From contig CBDTUD010000011.1 of assembly GCA_965363545.1 (NCBI GenBank), forward strand, positions 2,434-66,433: a stretch of DNA of 64,000 nucleotides, written 5' to 3'. The DNA comes from an uncultured Flavobacteriaceae bacterium (GTDB lineage: Bacteria > Bacteroidota > Bacteroidia > Flavobacteriales > Flavobacteriaceae). Both the position numbers and the translations under genes were made by a program. Under the pieces are notes generated by a model. The model did not search any database, was not told the DNA's origin, and saw nothing but the letters and a program-made list of their open reading frames with translations. Positions 49,116 through 58,579 of this stretch are shown here, in pieces. The first letter of the stretch is position 1. The number at the start of each line of letters is the position of its first letter.

Positions 49116-51170
49116 ATGAACACATTTCAACAACAAATTTTACAAGGAATTCCTGAAAAATTACCACAACCAAAAGAATACGAAGTAGAAATTAATCACG
49201 CGCCCAAGCGAAAAGACATTCTTTCTTTGGATGAAAAAAAATTAGCAATTCGAAATGCCTTGCGCTATTTTGACAAAAAACATCACAAAATTTTAGCCAA
49301 AGAATTTGCACAAGAATTGAAAGAGTACGGACGAATTTACATGCATCGATTTCGACCGGATTATGAAATGTACGCTCGTCCGATTCAAGAATATCCAGGA
49401 AAAAATGAGCAAACCAAAGCCATCATGCATATGATTCAAAACAATTTGAATAAAGCTGTAGCGCAACACCCACATGAGCTGATTACCTATGGCGGTAATG
49501 GTTCGGTTTTTCAAAATTGGGCACAATATCTTTTGACCATGTCTTATTTGGCTCAAATGACAGATGAGCAAACCTTAGCGATCTACTCGGGACATCCAAT
49601 GGGAATATTTCCATCAAATAAAAATGCCCCAAGAGTTGTGGTCACCAACGGAATGATGATTCCAAATTACTCAAAACCTGATGATTGGGAAAAATACAAT
49701 GCGCTTGGCGTAACACAATACGGACAAATGACTGCTGGTAGTTATATGTATATCGGTCCACAAGGCATTGTTCACGGCACAACAATCACTGTTTTAAATG
49801 CAGGTAGAAAAATTGCAAAGCATGGAGAAAATCTTGCAGGAAAATTGTTTGTGACTTCTGGATTAGGTGGAATGAGCGGAGCGCAACCAAAAGCTGGAAA
49901 TATTGCCGGCTGCATTACAGTTTGCGCTGAAATCAATCCGAAAGTTGTTGCAACTCGTCACAGTCAAAATTGGATAGATGAAGTTATCACCAATTTAGAC
50001 AATTTGGTAAAAAGAGTTCAGAAAGCAAAAGAAAAAAAAGAAGTGGTTTCGATTGCTTATACAGGTAATATCGTTGATGTATGGCAAAAATTTGATGAAG
50101 CTTCTGTATTTATTGATTTGGGTAGCGATCAAACATCACTTCATAATCCTTGGGCCGGTGGTTATTATCCGGTTGGATTAAGTTTTGAGGAGAGCAATAA
50201 AATGATGGCAGAAAATCCAGATAAGTTTAAGGAAAAAGTACAAGAATCTTTGCGATTGCAAACTAAATATATTAATAAACATACTGAAAAAGGCACTTAT
50301 TTTTTTGATTATGGAAATGCTTTCTTATTGGAAGCGTCTCGCGCTGGTGCGGATATTTATCTGGATTCCCCTACTTTTCAAAAAAGAAAAAATCCGCCAA
50401 AATCGAGAGGTGCGATTGGCGTACGAGAATTTGCCTATGCATCTTATGTAGAAGATATTATGGGGCCCATGTGTTTTGACTTTGGTTTTGGACCTTTTCG
50501 TTGGGTATGCACTTCCGCGAAAGCAACAGATTTAGAAAAGACCGATGCCATTGCTTTAGAGATTTTATCAAAATTAAAGCTAGAATCTCCTGCTGAAATT
50601 CAACAACAAATGGAGGACAATATGCAATGGATAAAAGGGGCTCAAGAAAATAAATTGGTAGTTGGCTCGCAAGCAAGAATATTATACGCTGATGCCGAAG
50701 GTCGAACTAAAATTGCAGAAGCATTCAATCAAGCGATAAAAAATGGGTTAATTTCAGCTCCAATTGTTTTAGGAAGAGATCATCATGATGTTTCTGGCAC
50801 CGATTCCCCATTTCGAGAAACTTCTAATATTTATGATGGCTCTCAATTCACGGCAGATATGGCGATTCAAAATGTGATTGGCGATAGTTTTAGAGGAGCA
50901 ACTTGGGTTTCTATTCATAATGGCGGTGGCGTTGGATGGGGTGAAGTAATAAATGGCGGTTTTGGTATGGTTCTTGATGGTAGTGAAGAAGCGAGTAAAC
51001 GGTTACAATCCATGCTTTTTTGGGATGTTAATAATGGTATTTCTAGAAGAAGTTGGGCTCGAAATGAAGGTGCAGTTTTTGCGGCAAAAAGAGCGATGAA
51101 AAAAGAGATGAATTTAACAGTTACCTTACCAAATAGTGTTGATTTCGATTTACTCGAAAATTTATTTTAA
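49116..51170 (+). CDS. hutU: Urocanate hydratase (long form, 684 aa)
   Basis: Contains TYGGNGSVFQNW, GLGGMSGAQ and GRDHHDVSGTDSPFRETSN. Confidence 0.92.
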   Translation: MNTFQQQILQGIPEKLPQPKEYEVEINHAPKRKDILSLDEKKLAIRNALRYFDKKHHKILAKEFAQELKEYGRIYMHRFRPDYEMYARPIQEYPGKNEQTKAIMHMIQNNLNKAVAQHPHELITYGGNGSVFQNWAQYLLTMSYLAQMTDEQTLAIYSGHPMGIFPSNKNAPRVVVTNGMMIPNYSKPDDWEKYNALGVTQYGQMTAGSYMYIGPQGIVHGTTITVLNAGRKIAKHGENLAGKLFVTSGLGGMSGAQPKAGNIAGCITVCAEINPKVVATRHSQNWIDEVITNLDNLVKRVQKAKEKKEVVSIAYTGNIVDVWQKFDEASVFIDLGSDQTSLHNPWAGGYYPVGLSFEESNKMMAENPDKFKEKVQESLRLQTKYINKHTEKGTYFFDYGNAFLLEASRAGADIYLDSPTFQKRKNPPKSRGAIGVREFAYASYVEDIMGPMCFDFGFGPFRWVCTSAKATDLEKTDAIALEILSKLKLESPAEIQQQMEDNMQWIKGAQENKLVVGSQARILYADAEGRTKIAEAFNQAIKNGLISAPIVLGRDHHDVSGTDSPFRETSNIYDGSQFTADMAIQNVIGDSFRGATWVSIHNGGGVGWGEVINGGFGMVLDGSEEASKRLQSMLFWDVNNGISRRSWARNEGAVFAAKRAMKKEMNLTVTLPNSVDFDLLENLF

Positions 51171-51181
51171 ATTTTAAACTT

Positions 51182-51745
51182 ATGAAAATCTTAAAATTAC
51201 TTCCGGTTGCAGTACTTTTTTTAATTACTTCTTGCGCATCGGTAAATGTTTCTTCCGATTACAATAAAGCAACAGATTTTTCGCAATTCAAAACCTATGC
51301 TTTTTATAAAAAAGGAATTGACAAGGTGGAAATTTCTGATTTGGATAAAAGAAGAATTTTACGTGCTGTCGAAGCACAAATGGAAGCTAAAGGATTTACA
51401 AAATCAGAAGAGCCTGATTTATTGGTGAGTATTTTTACAAAATCCCGCGAAAAAATTGACGTTTATAATAATAACTATTACGGATGGTATCCGTGGTATT
51501 ATGGCTATGGCTATTACGGTGGTAGATATGGCCCAGGAATGGGTTTTGGTTATAACAATGTTTACAAATCAACCGAAGGAACCTTGTTTATTGACTTGAT
51601 TGATGCAAATAAAAAAGAATTGGTATGGCAAGGTGTTGGTTCAGGAGTTTTATCGTCTTCAAAAAATGTCGTTAAAAAAGAAGCTAGAATCAATGAGTTT
51701 GTTGCACAAATAATGACTGTTTACCCACCTTCTTTAGAGGAGTAG
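51182..51745 (+). CDS. DUF4136-like lipoprotein with a Gly/Tyr/Trp-rich insert
   Basis: Lipobox LITSC, the pattern VSSDYNKATDFSQFKTYAF and the low-complexity stretch NNYYGWYPWYYGYGYYGGRYGPGMGFGY. Confidence 0.7.
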   Translation: MKILKLLPVAVLFLITSCASVNVSSDYNKATDFSQFKTYAFYKKGIDKVEISDLDKRRILRAVEAQMEAKGFTKSEEPDLLVSIFTKSREKIDVYNNNYYGWYPWYYGYGYYGGRYGPGMGFGYNNVYKSTEGTLFIDLIDANKKELVWQGVGSGVLSSSKNVVKKEARINEFVAQIMTVYPPSLEE

Positions 51746-51766
51746 AAAAAATAAAATTATAACATA

Positions 51767-51810
51767 TAAAAAAACCTCGGTAGATAATTATAATTCTATC
51801 GAGGTTTTTT
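51767..51810. terminator. Bidirectional rho-independent terminator (AACCTCGGTAGA-N10-TCTATCGAGGTT, flanked by an A-run and a T-run)
   Basis: 12-bp stem with one G-U pair, between convergent genes. Confidence 0.6.
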
Positions 51811-51840
51811 GTTATGAAGGTTTTAAAAGCAACAAAATTA

Positions 51841-53757
51841 TTAGCCTTCCAATTTTTCGGTAATTTCTTCCCATTCTTCCATCAAAAGATCTAATTTATC
51901 TTTTTTAGATTGATAGTTTTTGAAGAAATTATCATCAGTTCTCAATTTTTCAAAATCCTCAGAAATTTTGACATCGGCTTGTTTTATTTCATTTTCAAGC
52001 TTCGAAATTTCGGTTTCTACTTTGCTCAATTTATTTTGAAATTGCTTTTTTTGTTTGGAATTTTGCAACGATTTTTTGCTACTTTCTTGATCTGCAACAG
52101 ACTTTTTTTCAACTTCTTTTTTCGTGCGTTTTTCTACTTCTCGCATATCTTCTAAATCGTGTTGCTCTAAAAAGTAATTGATATCACCCAAATATTCTTT
52201 GATTTTTTCTTCTTTGAACGAATATACTTTTTGGGTTAATCCAACTAAAAAATCCCGGTCATGAGAAACAACAATCATAGTTCCTTCAAACTGCTGCAAA
52301 GCTCTTTTTAGTACATTTTTTGAAGCAATGTCTAAATGATTTGTTGGCTCATCTAAAATCAACACATTAAAAGGGCTCAACAGCATCTTACATAAAGCCA
52401 ATCGATTTCGTTCACCACCCGAAAGAACTTTAACCTTTTTTTCTACCTCATCACCGCGAAATAAAAACGATCCCAACATATCGCGTACTTTAATTCGATT
52501 GGAATCATTTGCAGCTTCTTCCATGGTTTGAAGTACTGTAATTTCGCCATCTAAATACTCCGATTGATTTTGTGCAAAATAACCCAGCTGTACATTATGC
52601 CCCAATTTTAGTTTTCCTTCATAAGAAATCTCATCCACAATAATTTTTGCTAAAGTAGATTTTCCTTGTCCGTTTTGACCAACAAATGCAATCTTAGCAT
52701 TTCTTTCAATCAATAAATCAATGTTATCCAAAACATTGTTGTCTCCGTAAGTTTTAGAAATATTTTCAGCCTCTATCACAATTTTACCGGGAACAATAGA
52801 AACTGGAAATCGAACATTCATCACTGCATTGTCTTCTTCGTCAACTTCAATACGATCAACTCGGTTCAATTTTTTGATTAAGGATTGCGCCATGGAAGCT
52901 TTATTTGCTTTGGCTCTAAATTTTTCGATCAGCTGTTCTGTTTGTTTGATTTCTTTTTCCTGATTTTTCTGGGCTTGCAACTGCTTTTCTTTGATCTCAT
53001 TTCGTAGTAACAAGTAAGCAGAATAGTGCTTTTTGAAATCGTAAATCCTTCCTAAAGAAATTTCAATCGTTCTATTCGTAACATTATCTAAAAACATTTT
53101 ATCATGCGAAACCATCATGATTCCACCATTAAATCCTTTTAAAAAGTTCTCAAACCAAATAATCGATTCAATGTCTAAATGATTCGTCGGCTCATCGAGT
53201 AATAAGATATCATGATTTTGCAAAAGCAGCTTGGCAAGCTCAATTCGCATTCGCCAACCACCAGAAAAAGTATCAGTTTGTTTGTTAAAATCTTCTTGCG
53301 AAAAACCTAAACCTAATAGTATTTTTTCGGTATCTCCCTGGTAATTATAGCCACCAATTAACTCATAACGATGCGATAACTCATCCAAATCATGCATTAA
53401 ATTGTGGTAATATTCACTCTCGTAATCCGTTCTTTCAGCTAGCTCCGTATTGACATTTTCTAATTTTTTTTCGATACTTCTGATTTCTTCAAAAGCACCA
53501 TAAGCCTCGTCTAAAACTGTATTACCCTCCTTAAAATCAATGTCTTGCTTTAAAAATCCTAAACTAATATCTTTATCAAAAGCTAAAGAACCATCGTTGT
53601 ATTCTTGTTCACCGGCAATAACTTTTAGCAGGGTTGATTTACCTGCTCCGTTTTTTCCTACCAATCCTATTCTATCTCCTGCATTTAATTTGAAAGTTAT
53701 TCCCGAAAATAAATCTTCGCCCCCAAATGAAACGGTTATATTGTGTGCATTAAGCAT
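51841..53757 (-). CDS. ABC-F family ATPase (two ABC domains, no TM domain, C-terminal coiled-coil)
   Basis: Two Walker A motifs (GKNGAGKST, GQNGQGKST) and two signature motifs (FSGGWRMR, LSGGERNR). Confidence 0.9.
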   Translation of the reverse strand: MLNAHNITVSFGGEDLFSGITFKLNAGDRIGLVGKNGAGKSTLLKVIAGEQEYNDGSLAFDKDISLGFLKQDIDFKEGNTVLDEAYGAFEEIRSIEKKLENVNTELAERTDYESEYYHNLMHDLDELSHRYELIGGYNYQGDTEKILLGLGFSQEDFNKQTDTFSGGWRMRIELAKLLLQNHDILLLDEPTNHLDIESIIWFENFLKGFNGGIMMVSHDKMFLDNVTNRTIEISLGRIYDFKKHYSAYLLLRNEIKEKQLQAQKNQEKEIKQTEQLIEKFRAKANKASMAQSLIKKLNRVDRIEVDEEDNAVMNVRFPVSIVPGKIVIEAENISKTYGDNNVLDNIDLLIERNAKIAFVGQNGQGKSTLAKIIVDEISYEGKLKLGHNVQLGYFAQNQSEYLDGEITVLQTMEEAANDSNRIKVRDMLGSFLFRGDEVEKKVKVLSGGERNRLALCKMLLSPFNVLILDEPTNHLDIASKNVLKRALQQFEGTMIVVSHDRDFLVGLTQKVYSFKEEKIKEYLGDINYFLEQHDLEDMREVEKRTKKEVEKKSVADQESSKKSLQNSKQKKQFQNKLSKVETEISKLENEIKQADVKISEDFEKLRTDDNFFKNYQSKKDKLDLLMEEWEEITEKLEG

Positions 53758-53786
53758 TTGCTATCTGATTTTAGAATTTAAAAATT

Positions 53787-53802
53787 TATCTTTGCAAAAG
53801 TA
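53787..53802. promoter_or_regulatory. Back-to-back candidate -7 boxes: TATCTTTG (plus strand, for 53823) and TACTTTTG (minus strand, for the ABC-F gene)
   Basis: Both halves match TAnnTTTG. Together they form the partial palindrome CTTTGCAAAG inside a 65-bp divergent intergenic region. Confidence 0.45.
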
Positions 53803-53822
53803 ACCTAAAAATTAAATTGACA

Positions 53823-54236
53823 ATGTTTAAAATTGGAACTAAATTTTACAGCATTTTTCATAACAAATGTCCGAGATGCCAACAAGGAAAATTCTTCGTT
53901 CATTCCGGACTTTTTTCTTGGAAAAACAATTTAAAGTTACATGAAAGATGTTCTAATTGTGGTTTGAAATATATGATTGAACCTTCCTTTTTTTATGGTG
54001 CTATGTATGTTTCTTATGGGCTTACGGTTGCTATTGCCATTGCAGTTTTTATTATTTGTTATTTGCTAGGTTTAAGTTTGGTTACCAGTTTTATTGCTAT
54101 TGTGATTACATTAATTCTAATGACACCGATTTTAATGCGCATTTCACGAATATTGTACATCAATATGTTTGTACATTTTGAGAAAAAGTATTTAAATAAT
54201 GAAAAAGAGAAGACAGTTGATAGTCAGAATAGCTAA
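53823..54236 (+). CDS. DUF983-like membrane protein with an N-terminal Cys4 motif
   Basis: CPRCQQG...CSNCG followed by two TM helices. I prefer the ATG at 53823 over the TTG at 53817. Confidence 0.7.
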   Translation: MFKIGTKFYSIFHNKCPRCQQGKFFVHSGLFSWKNNLKLHERCSNCGLKYMIEPSFFYGAMYVSYGLTVAIAIAVFIICYLLGLSLVTSFIAIVITLILMTPILMRISRILYINMFVHFEKKYLNNEKEKTVDSQNS

Positions 54237-54250
54237 ACTTTTACAAAAAA

Positions 54251-55300
54251 CTAATTCGGTATTAAAAATCTTTCGATAGAAACGTCTTTTTCGATTACAA
54301 TTCCGTTCTCTAAATGATTTGCTAATTTTTGTGCGGATATTGGAGCAATCATAACTCCTCGAGTTCCTAAACCATTAAGTATTGCAAGTTGTTTTCTTTT
54401 TGGGTGAACTCCTATAAATGGTCTTCTATCTTTCGTTGTTGGTCGAATTCCCGCTACATGATCTACGACGGTATAGGAACAATTGATTACTGTTTCTAAT
54501 TTTTTAATTAATTCTTCTTTTCCTTTCAGCGTTGGCTCTTTTGTCTTATCGACCCAGTTGAATGTTGCACCAACTTTATATAACTCATCGCCAATAGGCA
54601 GAACAAATACAGCTGCTTTAATCAGTCCGTCCAATTTTAAATCGGGGGCATGAATGGTTAGTAATTCTCCTTTTGCTTCTTGCAATGGCAAGTAATTAAA
54701 ATAAGGATTTGCTTTTAAGCCAAAGCCTTCACAAAAAACAATTTTATTGGCTTGAATATCTTTATAAGAAACAAAATTCCCTTCAAATTCAATCAAATCA
54801 TAGTTGAATTTTTCGTTTCTCAATAGGTCTTTTTGCACCAAATCTTGTCGGTAATCTTTTGCCAAACTATTCACATCAATACGACCGGTTTGCACTAATT
54901 TACCCAAATGAAATGGAGCTTGGATATGGTTATTTTCGTTTTTTATTATTCTCGGAACCATATAGTCTTGTAATAATATTTCATCACAAGCAGCGAACCA
55001 ATTATTTTGTTCTTCGATACTTTTGAATACCCTATAAATTGGCACTTTATAATCGTATTTTTTGCCAAATCTTTTTTCTATTTTTTCGTAAAACGGAAGT
55101 GCAATTGCAAGCTGTTCATCGGCATTCCAAACTGGAGTGAATCTTTTTAAAATTACTGGATTATACATTCCGCCGGCCACCAAAGAGGAGTTTTGAGAAC
55201 TATCTTCAAAGACAACAAATGATTTGTTTCGTTCTCGAAGCTCTTCCGCGAAAGCGATACCTGCTAAACCCAAACCAACAATAATATAATCTGTATTCAT
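54251..55300 (-). CDS. FAD-dependent oxidoreductase (DAO family)
   Basis: N-terminal dinucleotide fold DYIIVGLGLAGIAFAEEL. Confidence 0.8.
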   Translation of the reverse strand: MNTDYIIVGLGLAGIAFAEELRERNKSFVVFEDSSQNSSLVAGGMYNPVILKRFTPVWNADEQLAIALPFYEKIEKRFGKKYDYKVPIYRVFKSIEEQNNWFAACDEILLQDYMVPRIIKNENNHIQAPFHLGKLVQTGRIDVNSLAKDYRQDLVQKDLLRNEKFNYDLIEFEGNFVSYKDIQANKIVFCEGFGLKANPYFNYLPLQEAKGELLTIHAPDLKLDGLIKAAVFVLPIGDELYKVGATFNWVDKTKEPTLKGKEELIKKLETVINCSYTVVDHVAGIRPTTKDRRPFIGVHPKRKQLAILNGLGTRGVMIAPISAQKLANHLENGIVIEKDVSIERFLIPN

Positions 55301-55335
55301 AGGTTCAAAGATATGCTATATTCATTTTTAAGCAC

Positions 55336-55362
55336 AAAAAAACTCCTATTTTTCAATAGGAG
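55336..55362 (-). terminator. Rho-independent terminator after gldN (CTCCTAT-N6-ATAGGAG, with a U-run on the minus-strand transcript)
   Basis: 7-bp stem. An A7 run on the plus strand lies immediately 5' of the stem, so it reads as a T-run after the hairpin on the minus strand. Confidence 0.6.
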
Positions 55363-55387
55363 CTCTTCTAACTTAAACTCTCAAAAA

Positions 55388-56284
55388 CTAATAATTCCAC
55401 ATATCGAGTTCTTTGTCTCTGATATCTTCTTTCAGCTTATCAGATTCTAGAACTTGGAACAAAGAATTCCCTTTTATATACTCGGCAACATCACGGTTAC
55501 CATAAATATTTTCTTCACGATAAATAATAGCGTTAAAACGTCTTGCATTCAACAAGTGGTCATAAGACAACGGATATGCTGAATTTTTTTGGTTAAACAC
55601 TTTCATATCATGTGTTGTATATCTTGCACCTGGATACCAAACCCAAAATAATTCAACTAATTCATCTTGACCAGAAGCATTATCAATAAAGTTCACATCG
55701 GGAGCCACAGGAGCTACACCAAGTAATCTATATTTTAATTCGCCTTGACGTTTGTCAAAATACCAAACTCCTTTGACTCTGAAACCAGCTATATCGCCAG
55801 AAGTTATATCTCTTTTATCAATGTATTCATCGGTTAAAACTTCTCCAGCATTTAGTCTTTCAAATCCAGCATCAGAAGTATCAACTCGCGATAAACGAGA
55901 TTGAATATCTTTCATGGTAAGTTTATCTTCGAAATACGAATCATCATAAATATCAATAATTTCACCAGTTCTAATTCCTCTAATAAAGGTATCGTATAAC
56001 GATCTTCTGTTCGAACTAATATTACTAGTATCTATAGGATAATAGAAAGGCATATTAATTTTCTCATTCAAATCTACATACTCCCAAACAACTTTTGACC
56101 ATAAAATATCTCTATCATCAATATAGCCATAAGGCAGAGGTCTGTCATTGTCGGCTGCTAATTGCTCTGGCGTTTTCATTCCTATTTGTTCGGGAATTTT
56201 CGCATTTAGCAAGTTAGCTTGAGCACTTACAAAACCTGTAGAAAGTATTGCTACGACTGCTACAATTAAACTTTTAATTTTCAT
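55388..56284 (-). CDS. gldN: Gliding motility / type IX secretion protein GldN
   Basis: Signal peptide, position directly after gldM, and length and sequence character typical of GldN. Confidence 0.85.
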   Translation of the reverse strand: MKIKSLIVAVVAILSTGFVSAQANLLNAKIPEQIGMKTPEQLAADNDRPLPYGYIDDRDILWSKVVWEYVDLNEKINMPFYYPIDTSNISSNRRSLYDTFIRGIRTGEIIDIYDDSYFEDKLTMKDIQSRLSRVDTSDAGFERLNAGEVLTDEYIDKRDITSGDIAGFRVKGVWYFDKRQGELKYRLLGVAPVAPDVNFIDNASGQDELVELFWVWYPGARYTTHDMKVFNQKNSAYPLSYDHLLNARRFNAIIYREENIYGNRDVAEYIKGNSLFQVLESDKLKEDIRDKELDMWNY

Positions 56285-56296
56285 AACTTCAATTTT

Positions 56297-57841
56297 TTAA
56301 TTTGTTATTTCAATATTCACAGGACTTGCATTTTTCAAGTAATATCCTGAGTTGCCTTGCAATTTTTGTTGGATATCAAATATGATAACCACATCTCCAG
56401 ATCTTGCTTTGTTCAGCACTCTAATCGCTGCTGCATCAAATTTATCACCTCTAACTTTTACTGTTGGTTGACCTGGTACTTTAACGCTAAATCCACTTGT
56501 TTGAATCGTAAGATCAAATACGAAATCAGGTAATACTGAACTTATCGTTGCTTTTTGCAAAGTTGATTTTGGCATTTTAACCATACCATATTCTCCTCTT
56601 ACCGCAGCATTTGGAGCTGGAATATCTTTAATTCTAAATGTTTGACTAGAAGATATTGGAGTTCCGTCAGGTAATTTAGCATTTACAGTAATTTTTACTT
56701 CTCTACCTTGACCCGGACTCATACTATATTTTCCGATACCACTTACTTTTTTCAACCCTGGAGCGCTCGCTTGAACAGCATTATCTGGCACACCTGGAAC
56801 AGAAACTGTAATTGGGTTGTCAACACCACGATAAACAACATTCATCTTATCTGCAGAAATAACTGCGCTATTTGGTTTTGCAACTACAGCATAGCTAGAT
56901 TTAATTGGAATAGAAACAGATTCTCCTTTTTCTTTAAAGATAAATTCTCCTACGATTTCATTTTCACCAACATTTCCTGAAGGAAAGTCTAAAACTGCTC
57001 CACCACCTTGAATATTTGTGATCACTTTACCATTTACAACTACTTTATCTGGCTTTAAGGATGCATCATAACGACCTAAAACAATTTTACCTTTAAAATT
57101 GGCACCTTGTAAAGTTGCAGGGTTATCTGCAATTAAAATTGCTTGATAATTTGTCATGGAAACATCACTTTCTAACTGACCTTGTAACATTGCCGATAAA
57201 ACTTCCGTTTCTGTTGTTTTAATATCAGCTTGAATTTGCGTTAATTTTGTCAAAGAAGCAACTAAAGGAAATCCTTTATAGTTATAATCTAACCAAAAAC
57301 GTTCTTTTTCTTCACGATCTAAAACCTTTTCTGTAGAAAAACGTTCATCAACACTTTGGCCAATTTCATTAAAATCTTTACCAAGAATCGTGCTAACCTG
57401 AGTTCTATAGTTGTTAATTTTATCTAAAAACTCTTGACCGTCTGCTTTATAATCACCGTCATCCCCTTTAAAGAAATGATCATCCAAGAATTTTTCTTTA
57501 TCCATCGTTGTATAATCTTTTGGATCTTCCACGGTGGCTTTCATTTCACTTTTTAAGCTATCGATATAGACGAAAAAGTCTTGTGATAGTTCTTTTATTT
57601 TATCGGCTTTGATTGCTTCATCACCGTACTTTTCTTTTTGCTCTGAAGCCTTATTTGCTAAATTAGCATACGAATTCGTATTTCTTAAATCAGCTGCTTC
57701 GTTGGATGCTGTTAATTTCTCATCCATTAAACCAAAGGCTTGTAAGACTTCCTTAGACATATTTAACGCTAACATTGCGATAAAAATTAAATACATCAAG
57801 TTAATCATTTTCTGCCTTGGTGATAAATTACCTCCTGCCAT
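56297..57841 (-). CDS. gldM: Gliding motility / type IX secretion protein GldM
   Basis: The N-terminus MAGGNLSPRQKMINLMYLIFIAMLALNMSKEVL matches the conserved GldM TM region. Confidence 0.9.
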   Translation of the reverse strand: MAGGNLSPRQKMINLMYLIFIAMLALNMSKEVLQAFGLMDEKLTASNEAADLRNTNSYANLANKASEQKEKYGDEAIKADKIKELSQDFFVYIDSLKSEMKATVEDPKDYTTMDKEKFLDDHFFKGDDGDYKADGQEFLDKINNYRTQVSTILGKDFNEIGQSVDERFSTEKVLDREEKERFWLDYNYKGFPLVASLTKLTQIQADIKTTETEVLSAMLQGQLESDVSMTNYQAILIADNPATLQGANFKGKIVLGRYDASLKPDKVVVNGKVITNIQGGGAVLDFPSGNVGENEIVGEFIFKEKGESVSIPIKSSYAVVAKPNSAVISADKMNVVYRGVDNPITVSVPGVPDNAVQASAPGLKKVSGIGKYSMSPGQGREVKITVNAKLPDGTPISSSQTFRIKDIPAPNAAVRGEYGMVKMPKSTLQKATISSVLPDFVFDLTIQTSGFSVKVPGQPTVKVRGDKFDAAAIRVLNKARSGDVVIIFDIQQKLQGNSGYYLKNASPVNIEITN

Positions 57842-57896
57842 TCTTAATAGTTTTTTTTAGGGTTAATTAATTATTAATTGTTAAAGCCTTAACTAA

Positions 57897-58526
57897 TTAA
57901 GATCTTGTATTTGACATTGCAGATAACATTCCACCATATACGCCATTTAAAGAAGATAAGTTCGTTGCTAAAGATTGCATTTGTTCTTTCAAACGTTCGG
58001 CATTTTCAATGGTTTCGTCATTCAATTCTGACTGACGTTGAGCGCTATTCATTTGAACTTTATATAAACTGTTTAAAGATTCCATTTGACTTGCGGCAAC
58101 CGTTAATTGCTCGCTGTAACGCGTAGTTGCAGTTATTGAATCTGCAGCCGGTGCGATATTCTCAGCAGCACCTGCAAAACTTTGAATACTTGTTGCTAAT
58201 CTTGCCATTTTATCAGAGTCTAAGTTTGCTTGTTGCAACATATCATCTAATTTTTGAGACAATAAACCTTCGGCATCTTTGGAACCTGGTTCGTTACCTT
58301 CTCCACCTGTTAGTTCTGGGTAAACTTTGGCCCAATCCAAATCGTCTTCAACAGGTTCAAAAGCTGAAAGTGCAAAAACCGCTGCTTCTACCATCATTCC
58401 TAATATTAACATTTCGGTACCACCCGGCCAGTGCACAATTTTGAAAAGTGCTCCTAAAATTACTACTGCGGCTCCGAGACCGTACGCCATGTTAAAAATC
58501 TTCTTTGTTTTTTTTGATTGTGCCAT
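57897..58526 (-). CDS. gldL: Gliding motility / type IX secretion protein GldL
   Basis: Two N-terminal TM helices (AYGLGAAVVILGALFKIVHWPGG) and a cytoplasmic coiled tail. Confidence 0.88.
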   Translation of the reverse strand: MAQSKKTKKIFNMAYGLGAAVVILGALFKIVHWPGGTEMLILGMMVEAAVFALSAFEPVEDDLDWAKVYPELTGGEGNEPGSKDAEGLLSQKLDDMLQQANLDSDKMARLATSIQSFAGAAENIAPAADSITATTRYSEQLTVAASQMESLNSLYKVQMNSAQRQSELNDETIENAERLKEQMQSLATNLSSLNGVYGGMLSAMSNTRS

Positions 58527-58579
58527 AATTCTTTTAGTTTTTTAGATTATTATTATTGATAAATTAAGCTACTATATTA

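Noticed and set aside
51470-51560. The Gly/Tyr/Trp-rich low-complexity stretch in the DUF4136-like lipoprotein, considered as a possible amyloid or adhesive repeat.
   Set aside because: It is a short single stretch with no DNA-level tandem repeat. As far as I recall, similar Gly/aromatic loops are common in this lipoprotein family. Nothing further can be supported from the sequence alone.
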